NCBI GenBank assembly: GCA_000708835.1
Contig: DF236959.1
Location: forward strand, 357,728 to 421,727
Source of the DNA: Klebsormidium nitens
Taxonomy: Eukaryota > Plantae > Klebsormidiophyceae
Length of the DNA stretch: 64,000 bases
Direction of reading: 5' to 3'
A model generated the notes under the pieces. That model had not been told where the DNA came from, searched no databases, and was given only the letters and a program-made list of their open reading frames with translations. This document shows, in pieces, positions 1 to 15,417 of this stretch (its first letter is position 1; each line of letters opens with the position of its first letter). Both the position numbers and the translations under genes were made by a program.

Positions 1-1014
1 AGCTTGGGGGCAGGGTTAAAGTCAGAGGGGAAGTGGGAGGCTACTGGGGGGACTGTGGGCTGGGCGCTGGTGGATGGAAGGGGGAACCGCCGGGTGTTGC
101 GACTTTTGTGAAGTCGGAGTCGAAAGTTGGGGCTGGGGCGGACGGAACAGAGGGGGCGGACGAGGGCTTTGAAATTTATAGGTCTGCTGTGAGTTTAGAC
201 GCGGAGGTGATCGACGGAGCCAAAGAACGGAAGATGAACGTTGGGGAGATTGATTTTTTCGTCATGATGGTTTCAAACGAGGCGGGGTTGGTATGCAGGG
301 ACTTCGTGTTTTGACCGACAGAGCAAACAGATGTGAATCTTCGCTTGTGCTAGAAGGAAGAAGGAAATAATTGGCAATCAAGTGGCATGTGGGTCCAAAG
401 GGAAGACGCATCCTTATTGGAATGTCAAGATCTGGTTATGTCTTGGATTCGGTTGATCTCTGACTATACGGAAGGCACTGATTCAGAATGCCAGCGACAT
501 CCAACCACAGACTTTCGTTTAGGGCTTAGCTAGGCAGCCAGCGCAGGGTGTTACCTTAGTATAGACTTTAGTTTATATCCTGTACCGTAGCGCATGCCCG
601 CCGAAGTGCGGCGTCATTGAGAAGGGAATTTGAAATCCTTTTAGAAGAGGGTGGCGATCATCTGTAGTTACATACAACAGACCGCCATAGTTGCTTACAT
701 ACCTACATTAGCAGGCTAATAAATGATCTAGAGATACTAGTCAGAATAATCACTTGGATGCTGAGAGTGGAAGTTCTTCAACGTGGTTTATGCAGGAGAC
801 TCTAGCTAACTGTAGGACATTTCAAGATTGCTTTGGAGCTAATCATTCTGGGAATCTGTCGCAAAGGGGTCGGACGAGCCTGTTTGTCCAATCGACGTGT
901 GTGGTGCGTGACATGGCCGACGAAAGCCTCACACTTAAGGCTTGGTGCAGCCTAGGTCACTGGCGCCCGCGGCCCATTAATCGAAGGACTAGCTCATGGC
1001 CGCGTTCACACAAG

Positions 1015-1957
1015 NNNNNNNNNNNNNNNNNNNNNNNNNNNNNNNNNNNNNNNNNNNNNNNNNNNNNNNNNNNNNNNNNNNNNNNNNNNNNNNNNNNNNN
1101 NNNNNNNNNNNNNNNNNNNNNNNNNNNNNNNNNNNNNNNNNNNNNNNNNNNNNNNNNNNNNNNNNNNNNNNNNNNNNNNNNNNNNNNNNNNNNNNNNNNN
1201 NNNNNNNNNNNNNNNNNNNNNNNNNNNNNNNNNNNNNNNNNNNNNNNNNNNNNNNNNNNNNNNNNNNNNNNNNNNNNNNNNNNNNNNNNNNNNNNNNNNN
1301 NNNNNNNNNNNNNNNNNNNNNNNNNNNNNNNNNNNNNNNNNNNNNNNNNNNNNNNNNNNNNNNNNNNNNNNNNNNNNNNNNNNNNNNNNNNNNNNNNNNN
1401 NNNNNNNNNNNNNNNNNNNNNNNNNNNNNNNNNNNNNNNNNNNNNNNNNNNNNNNNNNNNNNNNNNNNNNNNNNNNNNNNNNNNNNNNNNNNNNNNNNNN
1501 NNNNNNNNNNNNNNNNNNNNNNNNNNNNNNNNNNNNNNNNNNNNNNNNNNNNNNNNNNNNNNNNNNNNNNNNNNNNNNNNNNNNNNNNNNNNNNNNNNNN
1601 NNNNNNNNNNNNNNNNNNNNNNNNNNNNNNNNNNNNNNNNNNNNNNNNNNNNNNNNNNNNNNNNNNNNNNNNNNNNNNNNNNNNNNNNNNNNNNNNNNNN
1701 NNNNNNNNNNNNNNNNNNNNNNNNNNNNNNNNNNNNNNNNNNNNNNNNNNNNNNNNNNNNNNNNNNNNNNNNNNNNNNNNNNNNNNNNNNNNNNNNNNNN
1801 NNNNNNNNNNNNNNNNNNNNNNNNNNNNNNNNNNNNNNNNNNNNNNNNNNNNNNNNNNNNNNNNNNNNNNNNNNNNNNNNNNNNNNNNNNNNNNNNNNNN
1901 NNNNNNNNNNNNNNNNNNNNNNNNNNNNNNNNNNNNNNNNNNNNNNNNNNNNNNNNN
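1015..1957. other. Assembly gap (943 N)
   Basis: Continuous N run. The ORFs listed across it are artefacts. Confidence 0.99.
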
Positions 1958-2821
1958 CAATAGCCCGGGTCGTTATACAGAGCTTGAGCACAAGCCTGGC
2001 AGGTGCAGCAAATGCCATGCCAGGCGCACGCATGGCGCGCCCACGTGAAAGTCATGCGGCCGCCGCCGCCCCATGGGCTTCTCATCGAGCACTATATAGC
2101 TCCGAGAAACGATCGAGCTGCACCAGCCGGTGGGTTAGTAGCCGCATGTATGCACTGCATGAGCCGTCGGCTGGCATGTGAGTCCGGTCCGATCTAGCTA
2201 TCGCCGTTGAGTGCGCGCCGCGGCCATATAAGCCCGGCAGACTCAGTCTACTGTGAGTCATCACATAATATGGTCTCTTTTCGTTCTCGCTGGAGCCAAA
2301 TAGGCCATGTAGGCTTCTCACGGGATGCATGTATGATTGTGTGCCAGCCCATGGGCCCAATTTGCTAGCTGATTGTTCGTATCAGCATGAGTAGTTAGTA
2401 GGTTGAGCAAGAGTCGACAAGCCAACAATAAATTGCTGTCAGGCCAGTTGCACCAAGCTGGGTGCAATTGCATGGCAGCACACTTGAAACGTGGACGCAA
2501 TCGGAGCTCTGGAGCCGAAGCCGTCCCGAAGTCTGCTTTCCAGGCGGTCAAGTCGACTCCAGATTGCTCTCACAGTTTCAGCAATACAGAAGACCTTTTG
2601 CCTGCCAGAAAACCACCAACGAACGCCGCCGAATCATCCAGGGGGACGCGATAGTGAGCCAACGTTGAAAAAGCAGTCGGCAGTCGGGTTGCATGGCATC
2701 TAATGAAGCTTATCGGACTGGCACTTCCTGCTATCAGCGGGTGTGACTCTCAAGTGGAACTTCAGGGCAGAATCAAGACCCTAATCAGTGACGGAACTCT
2801 GGAACGAAAACGCGTGCTCTC

Positions 2822-5143
<2,322 letters not shown>

Positions 5144-5856
5144 CCCACTGCCCCTGGATTCCAACTGACAGCTTCAGAAACAAAAATGGAGCTGCGGCAG
5201 GAGGAGAAGAAATTTGCCGCTTGATTGGGTCACCAAGCTTCTCCAACTTCACCAGCTTGCAGAGAAAAGGCCCACACCCGGAACAAATGATATAAGTAGG
5301 TCTGTTTATCTCAGCTGAAGATGCTAAGAGCCACAAACAGGAACAGCCGAATGTGCCAGTGAGCTACACACGATCTCTGGGGCCGTTCAAGTTTTAGGGG
5401 CGCCTTTCTCCACCTGTGCTCATGCAGCAGACTCGTGATTTCGGGTCTCGTCGTTTGTCATACGAACCGAATGGGTCTGAAGCCGAGGTTAGCATCGAAT
5501 CATCTCGAAGTACCTAAGAGTCCCGAGATCTTCCACTGAGTGTTAACGACGACGACCGACTATGTGTCAGCTTTCACTAACCCGAAAACTTAACCCTGCT
5601 GTCACAGTACCTGAAACCAACTTTCCTTCAAAGCAGGCATGATGCACCAAAATACAATTTACGACGTACGACGTGCAAAGAGAGGATGGAAAAGTCGAGA
5701 ATGCAATTCCCATCTCGTTTTTCCCAGACAATTTAAGGCAGCAGCTTCCATGCCGGTGGAGTGTTCCTGCGCTCCAGAGCGCCAGTACAGTTCAGCTCAG
5801 CCATCTCAGTCTTAACGATGAGCGCCTATGCAGGGCTGTGACAATCTGCAGCAAAC

Positions 5857-8800
5857 ATGCCCCCTTCTTCCTCCTTCTTGGCGTCAGCGCCAGCAATTGG
5901 GGGCACGTTCCGGAAGACCAACGGTTCATCTTCGTCAGGTAGGCTCTCCCGTAGCTTTTGTGGTCTCTCTTGACATGCTGCTTCTGCGAACGTTGGAGGG
6001 ATGCATTTTAGGGTTCCGTGAAAATTAGGGTTCCAAGCACTCAAATCTCACTTTGAATGCGTTTGGCCCTTCTCCCGCAAGCATGATGCCCCTAAACTGC
6101 CGAGAGAGTTGATGCCGTGTTTCCCTCGGTTTCTGCAATTCCAGCTGCATCCTGCGCGCTCGCTTCCATGCTGAGACACTGACTAAAACGAGCAATCTTG
6201 CCTCATCTGGCCCCAGTCAATAGAACCGCCCTACAACAAAAGAAGGAGCTTACACTTGTCCAATCCTTTTGCATTCCTACCGGTAAGCTTGTTCTGCTAA
6301 AGATCGGAGTGGGGACAGGGAGACAGGAGTCATGGAGCCAGGTGTAGTGAGTCAGTAAACCAGCAACTTAGACCCGAGGTTTGCCAATACCAAATCGCCT
6401 GCTTCTCTTCCCCAGCTTCCCTTGCTGAGCTGGCTCCGCCCCCCTTGGCAAGCAATTCAAAAAGGCGGAGCAATGTGGAGGACACGGCAGCTATAGACGC
6501 GCTCTTTGACGATGGGCCCAAGCAGAGGAGTGAGGGGCTGTCTACAGAGTGTGCTATTTGCAGAAAAAGCAGTGTCATAGACGACCTTTCTTTGTCATTG
6601 ATTCATCAGAATGTGTGTTCATGCCCCGTTACAAGGTGTCTCAAAAGTTGGGTCATTCAGCAATTCTTGCTGGAGCTCAAGTACCATCCAGGTTCCTATT
6701 CAACTCTGCTGTTCTTGCGCCGCACTCATACCGCAAATCTGGTCGGAAAGAGCTTGCTGATTGCAATGGTTGTATAAGTCTGGCCCCCACTTATGCTTGG
6801 TCAACCGATCAGCCTTCCCTAACGGGGGTCTGGTCACCTTGTAGGTGGCAATGCCCCAGAGAAAGGCTCAAAAGGGAAGGGTCGACAGAGCGTACACCTG
6901 AGCACAACCGACGCTTTGAAGACAGGTGCGAAGCTTACAATACTCTCTATAATCCCTTTACTCATTTTCATCGTCTCAGCTTTTTGGGGGCTTGGGGCAA
7001 CACTGAGCGCAAGATCTCACGCAGAGGCCGTTGCTATTAGCGTTTGCTTAGGTGTCCTCGTTGGAACTGGTAAGAAGATTCACAAGAGGCTCCTTGAAAG
7101 TCCTACTGAATGCAAGAAATCCGGATCACCACCGTTTCAGCTAAGCAATAATAGAGCCATTTGGCACCACTTGTTGAGTCCCAGCTTATCATCCGCGATG
7201 CACTTTGGCAGACTTGACTGACCATGCTAATCATACTTAGACTCTCTGCTTCCAGATTCCCTTGAAGTTTACCGAACTCGCCCCACTCTTCATCTCACAA
7301 TCTCCATTCTCTGGTACCTTTTGTACTTGAATCATATTAAACTTACACCGATATTTCCCTGCAGACCCAATCGACAACCCCCCAAAGAAGAGCGTGCTCA
7401 AAAGCGCCAGCCCTGCCCTAGCCCTCCTCTCTTCCCAACACAGTGTTTCTCTCAACGCACAAAAAGACGATGCTTCCACCTCGAGGCCTTCGTCTAGCTA
7501 TGGCATCAGATCTCAGTCATCGGCAGACCTTTTGAACTCCGACTCTGAGCCGTTCGGAAAGGAGGGCGGCAAGAGGGACAAACCGAGGGTGACCTTTGCG
7601 GAACCTGTGAGGGATAGCTGGGAGAAAGACGAGCTAAAAGCGCACGGAGAAGTGGGGCCGTCCGATAGGAGCGGTGGTTCGGGCGTTACAAATCCGCAAC
7701 ATACAGGAAGGGAGGGGCTTGCAAAGCCGAGCGTTTTTGGATCTTTGGAGGGTGACTCGCTCGATTTTTTGGGACTTGGATCGAGTGCCGCGGCGCCCAA
7801 AACGGGGCGAAGAGGCAGGCCGCCGGTGTCTGATGTAGGCACAACCGGCCAACTTGACTTTGGCGGCGCAACCACGTACGCTGCTCCGTTGCTTCAGAGC
7901 TCTCAACAAAAGAGCTTGAAAGAACACCCAGAAAAACCAACGGATAGGGCTTTGCCAAAGGAGGAGACGACTGACTGGGGCGATGCAGACGACTTGCTGG
8001 CGATGCTGCCGGACGGCTCGGGGGCCCCATCAAAGAAGTCGAGTTCAGAGAGTCCGCCACGTGGCACCGTTCAATTGGCTTCTCAGCAGCCTCGCAAACT
8101 GGTCTCTGCATTTGAGGAGAGAGCGGGCGTTTCCGATTCTGAGCCAACCGTCGCCCCGCTTCCGGAGGTCTCGGGATTGGGTGACAGTTTGCCGGCAGCG
8201 AAGGAAACTGCCGCTCCTGATTTGGGAGGATACACCCCTTCGTTTCTGAACAACACGGGGAGAACTAGAAGGGCGGGCGTTGGTCTGGGGAGGAGACCGC
8301 CGAGCCCCCTCGTTTCGGACACGAGCGTTTGGACGGAGTCGGAAGCTCAGAGGCGTTCGATGGGCGGCTTTCGGACGGAGTCGGACGCTCAGGGCCGTTC
8401 GAGGAATAGCGGTTTGAATGGTACGGACGCCCTGAAGCGTCCGATGAGTGCGGACCAGGCTCGGAGTGGTCCGCAACTAGGAAGCGCGCTGGGCGGCCGT
8501 CCGGCGACTGCTGACGTGTTCCGAGACGCTAGAGTTCCGCCCTCGCTGGACAGCAGGAACGGAGTGCCTGCTTCGGGTTATTCTCCGAAAGCAGATACGC
8601 AAAGAGCGGCTGGTTTCGCAGGTACAAGCAGGGGCGCGGGGGCTGCCAAGACGAGTCGGCTCGTGAATGAAGCTACAGAAGAAGAGCCGTTTCTCCGGCC
8701 GGCAGAGACGTCGGGACGGCGGAATGACAGGGCCGAAGAGGAGTTCGTGATGAGACCGGGCTCGGGGGGATCCCTCCGGGGCAGGGACAGGGAAGGTGAC

Positions 8801-11800
8801 GCAGTGGAGCAGGTGAGCTTGTTCTGTTGGAGCCGTCAACGCAATGGAACAAAAAGAGGGAGTTCCGTGAGGAACTCTGAGATGTTTAAAGAAGCCCATG
8901 CCTTTCGACATGTTCCTCGGCAAGAGTCTTACCGAAGCCTCAGGCGCGTGCAATACCTCCTGCACTCTCCAGTGACGGAAGTTGTTCCTCGTCTTTCGTA
9001 AGTGATTGCATGGCAGAAGCAGTGACTGGCTCGATGTCGATGGCGAGTACGTGCACTTACTTGTCAAGCAGACACATCCAAAGGTTTACATGGTAGTCAA
9101 TTTCTGGCTCTTTCATGCTCTCGCTTTTGTACCTGGGTCGACGACCAACGAAAGGAAGGAAAGAGCAGAAAACAGAAGGGAGAAGATCGCTAAAAGTGTG
9201 CTGCGTGCGTAGTGGAACGAAAAGAGATATAAAAGGGAACTGAACAATGCAAACAAGTACTGGGTTTGCACTTGCAGGCAGAACACGCGCGCGCCCTGGC
9301 CGCGCTCAGGGAGGAGATGGCCGCGAGCGCTGCGAAGGCCGCTCGCGAGCGGGAGCTGCTGGTCTCACTGCACCAGCAAGAGCTGGCCGCACGCGACCGA
9401 CAAGCGGAGGAAGAGGTTCGTCTTGCGGCCTGTTGAATCGGTTTGACTTTACTTGCTTGTTCCTCTGGTTCCATCTCTTCTTTCTCTTCTCTTTTGAGAT
9501 TTGACAGCTGCCGTCCGGAACCAGCCTACGGAGCAAGAGGTTCGTCCAGTACTAATCTACACGATTTAGGTCCTGTCTTTGCTTGTTCTTGTGAAGCCTT
9601 CTGTTTTTTACTTTCTAAGGCTGCTTAAACCTTCAGGTGCCGCCATCGATCAGCAACTGGAGCAAGATGTCTCTTTGGCCTTTCGCGAGAATTTCCGAAC
9701 TTTCTTTTGCACAGTCTGTTCTTGATGTGTATCTTGGCTCTCTTCACCTGGCGTCTTGCTTCTTTTACGGAATACACTCACTTGATCAATGTTGCTAGCT
9801 TTCGTGCAGTGTTAAGCCTCGAGCAGACTCTGTTCCCCTAACTCTATAAAGCTCTCCGCTGGGTGCTTAAAAAGCATATCGTCTCGAGGACCATGTCTAC
9901 GCTTTGAAATGACCAAGCGTAAAACGACCTTCTTTTTGCCTCTGTGATAGAGGGCCTTTTCCTCGGAGCACCAGAAGAGCCTGGACGTGCTCCAGAAGCT
10001 GGTCGCCCAAGTGGAGTCCTGGACTGCGGAAGTCCAGCACATGAGCGAGGCGACCCGGTCCGATAAGGAGAAGATGGTCGCAGGTGAGAAGCGGCTTCCG
10101 TGTCCTGCAAAGAACGCTTTCTAACCTTTGGCCGATCGCCGGGAAAGTGGTATCGAAGGGCGTCAGGGGTGCCGCCTTCGTGTTTGAATTGGGAGCTTAC
10201 CCGGGTTGTGTACGGTTAACACCGTGTGCTGGTTTCGTCTGTTTCCGCTCTTGGGCTTTGCACCGCCATCCCTCCTCTTGTTCCCGAAAACATGAAGAAA
10301 TTAATTTGAAAACCAGAATAAACACTGGGCTTTAGCCCAGTGTTTACCGGAAGACGACCTCATGCGAAACGTGATCCACGGATGTCAGAAGCCAACCGAC
10401 CAAGCTCGATTCATCCGGTCAAGGAGATTGAATCAATCTGTATGTCTCTAAGGGCAGTGATGTCAGAAACCGACCGCAGAATTCTGCGGGAAGTGGCTGC
10501 TTTTTAGCGATCGGTCCAAGAATTGTCACTTCCAGCGCCTCGTGATACACACTGCTTTACACAGAACCGGTCATTTCTCGAATCGTGCAGAGAGAGCGGA
10601 GGCCGTCCGGAGCGGCGAGGCCGGCCTGGCCGCGCGCGAGACCGCGCTCAGTGCGCGCGAGCAGCAGACCCAGAGCGCGACGCAGCGGCTAGATTTGCTC
10701 ATGGCGACGCTAGACGAGAGCGTGAAGGCGCTGCATAGCGGGCAAGCGGAGGAGAGGGCGCGGCTAGAGAAAGAGCATGCGAGACTGCAGGTAAAACCCG
10801 CAAATTGTCGTTCCCCAATCTCCGTCTTCCCTTGTTACTGGTTTAGAATGTGGTTATCTGTAATCATAGCTGGAATGCGGCTCTTGCCTTACGTGTATGA
10901 TTTGATTCTTTTGCGTGCTTGTTCCAGGGTGCGCCGTTGTCGAGGATCGGTTGCAGCTTTCAGGGGTCCTGCAGTTGGAAAGATCGAACAGAAACTCCGT
11001 CCTTTTGAGGAAGTTATGTTCCTAGCTTTTTATAAGCTCAGGATAAGCGAATGGAAATGCGATAACTAGGACGCATACGATATGGCCTCAGAGCCTGCCA
11101 GGGCCCAACCGCAGCTTATGTTATGGATCCGCTCCGTGCGCAAAACTCTTACTCATTCTGTCCGTCGGCGTGCAGTCCCTCCAGGAGTCCGTTCTGGCGG
11201 AACGTTCCGCCGCTCAGGCGGATCTTGCGGCAGCGCGCGAGCGGCTGGAGGAGATGCGGGACGCGCGGGTGCGCGAGCGGGAGCAGTTTCTAGCGGAATG
11301 CGAAGCGGAACGCAAGGAACTAGCAGCGGAACGGAAAGCGCTGGGCGACGCCAAGGAGCAGGTGTGCCTGGCGGAAGCGGAACTAGACGTGCGGATCGCG
11401 CAGCACGAGGCGAAAGTAAAGGTGAGGGGTTTCAGCGATCCAGGGAGGGTCGTAACACTGAGGGCCCTAGTATTACTGTGCGTTTGATATACTGAGGATC
11501 TTGAAAGGTTGCGGGACTTTCATCAAGAATCATGTTCTCGGACTTGGCGAGAATATCACATGTCAAGATCAAAGGGCGAAGTTGAAGTGAATCTAGAGCA
11601 GTGGCGCGTGGTGAACCAGGTTTTGCTTGGTTTAGTCTGTTCCTTTTACAGATATTCTTTGAGAGCGCAGGTCAAGAAGGTAATCACAAACATCGGTGCA
11701 TCTCGTAGCAAAGTCTTTTTCTCTTCTCTCAGAGTGAGACGGAGGCGCTCGAGCGCGAGCGCCTGGACGTCGAGAAAGTGCGGGAGTGCGCGCTCGAGGA

Positions 11801-13770
11801 GGCGCACGCGATTCAGCGCGAGCGGGCCGACCTCGAAGAAGAGAAGGCGGCCCTGGCTGCGGAGGTGGATAGCGTACAGGAAACGGCGCGGCACGCGCAG
11901 GTGGGGGCAGCAGAAGTTCCTGAAACTCCGAAGCTCAAGGATCCAAAATCCCTGAAGTTTTGAGAGCTCACCAGGGTTTCCAAGTTTACGATCCCCTTAT
12001 GTGCGTGCAGCGCTTCTGAAAAGCCCAAGAATCTCACCGATGTTTGCAACGCGGAGATCCCCTTCTCGCGTGCATTGGAAGTCAGACCCCGACACCTGAC
12101 GTGGGCAGCTTTTTGGACCTCTGCAGAATGCCCTGCTTTGCGCGTACTCAGCTAAACTGTGTGGTCATCATTGATATTTTTACAAGCGAGGATTTACAAC
12201 AGGCATAAGTCTGGAAAGCCCCCAGATGATCTCCTCGTACAGGGAGCTAGACAGAGCATGCAGAACCCGGTGCACAATGTCCGAAATTCACGGACCGAAC
12301 TGCTCGAAGCTCGCACAATACGATTCTGATGTACCGAAATACTGGAGTACAAGTAGCACAATCACGAAAGGATGAAACGCAAATCCTGAACCCCCAACCG
12401 TGCGTTACGCAGGCCCAATTCGTGAGGCGGCCGCCATTCGCGACGAGGCCGCGCTGCTGCAAAACATAAAGCACACGCGGTACATAATCGACAACCAAGA
12501 CAATCACGTACAAGCAGCAAAAGAAGGAAAGCAAGAAACGCAAACCTGAGCCCATCACTCTTGCGTTACGCAGGCCCAGTTCGAGGAGGCGGCCGCTATT
12601 CGCAACGAGGCCGCGCTGCTGCACCGCGACGCAGAGGCGCTGCACCAGGACCGCGTCGAGCGCGACGCGCGCTGGGAGGCGGAACGCCTAGAGGTAAACC
12701 TGTTGAGCCTTCGTCGTGGTCTGGTCTCAAGAGCTTTTTGGGGGGCCTTTCTCGGAGGACACGGAGGTTTGTCCTGTCCATTCTACCGGCGGGCTTTAGA
12801 TTGACCAATTTTGATGCGTTTGGAACGTTTGCTTTGGCGCGCCCTTCTTGATCCTAACACATTTCGAGCGCTCGAGGAGATGAATGACACCCGCTGGAGT
12901 GCGGCGCGGATCGGAGTTGCCGCTAGCACAGTCCCTTTGCGAGGGGCCATGCTGAAGCAGGGCAATGATGGTTGTACGTTCGTGTTTTGGGGTTTTTCGC
13001 GCCAACACAGATGGTTGCGGAACGAAGGACTCAGCCTAGTTGTTTTCCAAAGCATTGGAGCAGCCCGGTGGCGCTAGTGACTTATACACCACAAGAGTTG
13101 CACAATTTCAAATGGCTCATTTTCCGATGCCTCAATCCCCACTCAACGAGAGCAGGAGTGCCACCCTCTGTGTCCAGATTGAAAAAGCGCGCGAGAGCTT
13201 GCTGGCTCTACGGCGGTCTCTCGACGAGGAGCGGTATCAGATCGCGCAGGAGCGGCGCAGTGCGGGCGACGAGAAGCTGGAGGCGGTGCGCATGGCGGAG
13301 TCCGCGCGGCTGCTCATGCAGAAGGCGGGCGGAACGGGGACGGAATCGGGGGAGCGGAAGGAGAAGTGAGCACCACTATCGCTTCTCTTTCTAGGGTTCA
13401 AATCTCGATCAGATTCGTGAACAAGGGTGACTCTAGGATTCATAATCTGATCAAACTCGTGAACAAGAGCGAGAGGAACTCATCGAGCGAGAGAGCAAGA
13501 TCTAAGGGGTTTACTCAAACTTGCGTCGTTGTGGTTTAATACCGTCCTATAAAGGCGAATATTCAATTGCTGACGCGATCCATAGATTGCCTCCTGGAGA
13601 TCTGACGTTACTCCGCCTTGGTCACGTGCAGCCTTCCGGCGGAACGCCCTTCCGCCGCCACCAAGAAGAAGAAAAAGTACGCCAACCTAGTTCGGGCGCT
13701 CGTGGGCGGCAGCGGCACGCTCGACGACGTCCTCGCCGCGCGCCTGGGCGCGGCCGCGGGGGATCCCTAG
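5857..13770 (+). CDS. FBF1-like (Fas-binding factor 1 / centriole distal appendage) coiled-coil protein, about 12 exons, about 1013 aa (about 1153 aa if the TAG at 13768 is read through)
   Basis: Phase-consistent exons 7365-8812, 9278-9415, 9951-10083, 10591-10790, 11176-11421, 11733-11900, 12574-12693, 13178-13365 and 13632-13770. The 5' exons 5857-5938, 6217-6282 and 6416-6529 are tentative. A disordered Ser/Gly-rich N-half (WGDADDLLAML) precedes an E/R/A-rich coiled coil. Segments such as SEHQKSLDVLQKLVAQVE and EERARLEKEHARLQSLQESVLAER resemble FBF1 as I recall it. The family call is an inference. Confidence 0.6.
10319..10346. repeat. Perfect 12-bp-arm hairpin taaacactgggc-ttta-gcccagtgttta (intronic)
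   Basis: The arms are exact reverse complements. Confidence 0.9.
12371..12461 (+). repeat. Intronic echo of the acceptor plus first ~50 nt of exon 12574-12693
   Basis: tgcgttacgcag|gcccaattcgtgaggcggccgccattcgcgacgaggccgcgctgctgca versus tgcgttacgcag|gcccagttcgaggaggcggccgctattcgcaacgaggccgcgctgctgca. Offset 161 bp, with a 1-nt deletion in the echo. Confidence 0.92.
13391..13470. repeat. Degenerate 2 x 42-bp tandem repeat in the last FBF1-like intron
   Basis: ctagggttcaaatctcgatcagattcgtgaacaag versus ctaggattcataatctgatcaaactcgtgaacaag. Confidence 0.75.
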
Positions 13771-15417
13771 CAAAGAGAGCGCGAGCAGGGGCGCGCGTAC
13801 CTCCAGAGCCAGGCCGACTTCCTCGCCCAGGCGGAGGCGCGCGCGCGCGTGCCTGTGCACGCGCGCTTTGGGCGCGCGCGCTACTGCAACCTGGACGTTA
13901 TTGAGGAGTTGCCGCGGTTTCGAAAAGGGTTTGAAGGGTTAGCCGAAACAACCGGGCGGGATCGGATACCCCAGTGGGAAAACGCGGGGACGAAAGCGGG
14001 GTTTGGAAGTCGGGGGGTGCAAACCAGGGGGGAAAGCGAAGTGGTTAAGCGGAGCGTCGACGAGCCGCTTCGGTTTCCTGAGCCCTATGGGGAAGGCGAG
14101 GGGCAGTCGGGTGGGTCTCGACATGTGGCTGGGAAGAACGCGTCAGAGGTGGATTGGGCGGAAGATGAAAGCGCCCGGGGTCGTGCTTGATGGGTGATAG
14201 TTGGCTTACATACGGGCAACGGGACACGCGACTAACCGGCGGCAGAAACCTAGTATTTCAGGTCAACATTCTAAAATTTACGGGCGTACTGACAGGAGAG
14301 ATCGAGTAATTCCAGTAAAGCCTTCCTATTGGATACTGATCGTACTTCCAATGGCTTGGGCCAATAAGCAGCATTCAATGGTCTTGAAACGCGCAGAGTT
14401 TTCTCAACGTATGCTTGTTTATCTGCAACCTGCAAATAAGGCCGACAAACCCAATGTAATTCTACGTACTGAGCAACTCGCCGTCGATCGATGCATAAGC
14501 GTTGTTAGCTGTACGGCGCTGTAGACGGAAGGTCGCAATATGGGACTCAATAAAGCATCTAGCTCTCTTCATTTTTGATTGGCGACAGTGAATTCAAGCA
14601 TCAAACTGCCTGCAGCACGATCAGCATGCTAGCTTCTATCGTGGAGAAGCACATTGGCTCACCCCTGTCCAAACCTGGTTCAGCGTACGTACAATATTCT
14701 GCACAACAGTGTTCTGAAGCTCACCGTAATTTCAGTGATTGCACGCGGGAGCAATAACAGCGATCGCATGGCCATCGGGGAAGCAGAAAGCAAGGCAGCT
14801 AAAGCTCGCCTGATCTGGCACGGGTCGCAACTAATCAGACCTTCGATAGTCCCGCAATGCTGAGCTGATTGTGAGTCATCCTCGGTACTCAGCTAGCTAC
14901 AACAGCCGTACGCCGTGTTGCCACGTCACCCATCGTCAAGCTTCCATCTCGCAACCCGCGGGCTTGGCCCAAACGGCCGGGCTAGTCTTGATCGGGTGTC
15001 GAGCTGCCTTTGGAATTAAGCAGCACTGTGATCGATTGGCCGAGCTGTCGACACCCGCGTTCGAAGCGTCTGGTTTGCCATCGCCGTTTTGTAGTCTTCT
15101 GGCTCGACTTGAAAAGGCCTTGTCGAAACAGCTTCCTGAGAGGGACTGCTCCTCCTCCTCCCCTGGTATTTTAAGGCTGCCTCATTGTGCAAGGTAGACG
15201 CAGATCAATTCAGTTTCCAGCACTAAATCAGCATTTTTGCTCCCTCCGATTCGCCGCTCCGTTCATAAGCTAGGCTGCGTTCCTATTCCTGAGCGGGACC
15301 TTTCGATTTTTCGAGGCGGCAAACGGAGCATGCGCCGTCAGTAAAAGGGAAAGGCGGCAAGCAGATCGAAAAGGCACGTTTCCAACGCCCATCAAGCATT
15401 TGAACGGAGCTACAGCC

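Noticed and set aside
1-314. G-rich 93-aa plus ORF, and a minus frame open to the window edge that resembles a transit peptide
   Set aside because: The minus frame has no in-frame ATG and the plus ORF has no recognisable motif. It may be an exon of a gene leaving the window, but this cannot be supported.
754-2181. Long ORFs of 320-475 aa in all frames
   Set aside because: Artefacts of translating through the N gap.
5826-6044. Minus ORF PDEDEPLVFRNVPPIAG...
   Set aside because: Antisense to the tentative first exon of the FBF1-like gene, with no independent support.
6916-7221. Hydrophobic 101-aa plus ORF (signal- or TM-like)
   Set aside because: Non-ATG start, lies in a predicted intron, and has no usable splice phase.
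7513-9067. Many overlapping antisense or alternative-frame ORFs over the large FBF1-like exon and other GC-rich exons
   Set aside because: Expected shadows of GC-rich coding sequence.
11650-11680. Possible extra micro-exon (gcgcag|GTCAAGAAG|gtaatc) in the FBF1-like gene
   Set aside because: Not needed for frame continuity and cannot be distinguished from a degenerate donor echo without transcripts.
14993-15057. 10-bp inverted repeat cgggtgtcga / tcgacacccg as a possible structured RNA
   Set aside because: Several such pairs are expected by chance in 64 kb, and no tRNA, snRNA or SRP motifs are present.
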